Source of the DNA: a phage
Sequence record: NC_111505.1
Length of the DNA stretch: 64,000 nt
Strand: one strand, 5' to 3'
Below the pieces are notes generated by a model, which did not search any database, was not told the origin of the DNA, and was given only the letters and a program-made list of their open reading frames with translations. Shown piece after piece: positions 63,103-64,000 of the stretch; position 1 is the first letter of the stretch; every line of letters begins with the position of its first letter. A program made the translations under genes and the position numbers.

Positions 63103-63449
63103 CACAAGAACGTATCGATTTGGCTAATAAGTTTGTAGATCTCATTTTGCCACGGTTAGTTACTCAACATGCGGACGCTATTTCTACTAATCTTGATGGC
63201 TTACGCCTGATGCTGAATCGCACAGATGACCCTCGTATTCGGGCTGATTTAGAAGCCTCTGCCAACAAACTGGAAAAGTTCTTGCAAGTGGACACGCAAG
63301 AAGCCTTGCACAAGATTATGGTGGAAGGTTTCTCTAAAGAATTTACCATTAAAGAGCTTAAGGAGCTGATCCACCAAGAAGAGATGAATATCCGAGTTCA
63401 GGCTGTTGCAAGCAGCATGGAAGCGGCTATTGAAAAACTATTGCAGTAA
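63099..63449 (+). CDS. hypothetical protein
   Basis: 116-aa ORF with GTG start, predicted helical. Confidence 0.45.
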   Translation: MTQERIDLANKFVDLILPRLVTQHADAISTNLDGLRLMLNRTDDPRIRADLEASANKLEKFLQVDTQEALHKIMVEGFSKEFTIKELKELIHQEEMNIRVQAVASSMEAAIEKLLQ

Positions 63450-63487
63450 AAGTACTTGGCACATCTCAATCTGAAAGGAGTCCCAAC

Positions 63488-64000
63488 ATGGGTCGAGCTA
63501 AAGAAACAAAACGCATGCGTGATGAAGCTAGAGAGGCTCGCAAATCTGATCGCCTGCGTAAGGCTGCTGAAAAATTTGCTGACGAACGGGAGCACACCGC
63601 TCCAGCTCTCCGACCAATGAATAAAAAACAAGAGTATTATCTCCACCTTCTTAAAACTAAACAGTTAGTGATCGCAACAGGGCTGTTTGGCACAGGCAAG
63701 TCGTTTATGGCTGCAGCTTATGCTGCAGATCTGCTTCGTAAGAACGAGATTGATAGAATTATTGTTTGCCGACCAAATGTTGAATGTGGGAGCCATGGCA
63801 CAGGGTTCAAACCTGGCGGTGTATTACAGAAAAACGAACCTTTCTTAAAATCAATTTTAGAAACACTCAAAAAACGACTCGGACCTGGTGCTTATAGCAC
63901 GTTGTTGGGAGACGGTCAGACTGGGCGCATCGAGGTGCAAGAGGTTGCAACAATCCGAGGTCGAGATTTTTCTGATCGTTGCATCATCTTAGTTGATGAG
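63488..64000 (+). CDS. phoH: PhoH-like ATPase, 3'-truncated at window end
   Basis: ATG 63488 with RBS GAAAGGAG; translation contains Walker A GLFGTGKS and reaches Walker B-like ILVDE at the window edge; no stop within the window. Confidence 0.75.
   Translation, partial: MGRAKETKRMRDEAREARKSDRLRKAAEKFADEREHTAPALRPMNKKQEYYLHLLKTKQLVIATGLFGTGKSFMAAAYAADLLRKNEIDRIIVCRPNVECGSHGTGFKPGGVLQKNEPFLKSILETLKKRLGPGAYSTLLGDGQTGRIEVQEVATIRGRDFSDRCIILVDE

Noticed and set aside
1-64000. Integrase, attachment sites or other temperate-phage/integrative mobile-element boundaries; T5-like siphovirus identity.
   Set aside because: No recombinase-like ORF or flanking direct repeats were seen; gene content (intron-split genes, tRNA cluster, nucleotide-metabolism block) fits a virulent phage. 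Sheath, tube, gpV-like spike and baseplate J-like genes indicate a contractile tail rather than a T5-type siphovirus.

Overview
64-kb window from a virulent tailed dsDNA phage with contractile-tail (myovirus-type) gene content. All calls rest on reading the sequence and the supplied ORF translations by eye; no searches were run. (1) 1-33.5 kb, minus strand: late/morphogenesis block with a baseplate J-like protein, several very large tail fibres/tailspikes, gpV-like spike, tape measure, tube, sheath, neck/head proteins, lambda-E-like major capsid with decoration-like and scaffold-like proteins, portal, and a terminase large subunit interrupted by a group I intron that carries an HNH homing endonuclease; a spanin pair lies just upstream of terL. 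(2) 34.6-35.7 kb, minus strand: tRNA cluster (CAU, Thr-UGU, Ser-UGA, Tyr-GUA, Arg-UCU), one atypical 97-nt tRNA-like element, and a tRNA whose two halves are separated by an HNH endonuclease gene. (3) 35.8-39.7 kb, minus strand: small early genes, a 660-bp ORF-free region with four palindromic iterons, an AT-rich tract and a GC-rich island, an HTH protein, and a metallophosphatase plus P-loop kinase. (4) 39.7-64 kb, plus strand: early/middle block punctuated by near-consensus sigma70-type promoters, encoding an RNA-ligase-like protein, a Sir2-family protein, ATP-dependent DNA ligase, lambda-R-like endolysin, FEN-like, RuvC-like, EndoVII-like and DnaQ-like nucleases, an N6-adenine methyltransferase, dNMP kinase-like and HAD proteins, ThyX, NrdA, NrdB, glutaredoxin, NrdD split by a second group I intron with an HNH endonuclease, NrdG and PhoH (truncated at the window end). 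The most unusual content is the pair of related introns, the tRNA/RNA-repair/Sir2 neighbourhood, and the iteron-bearing non-coding region.
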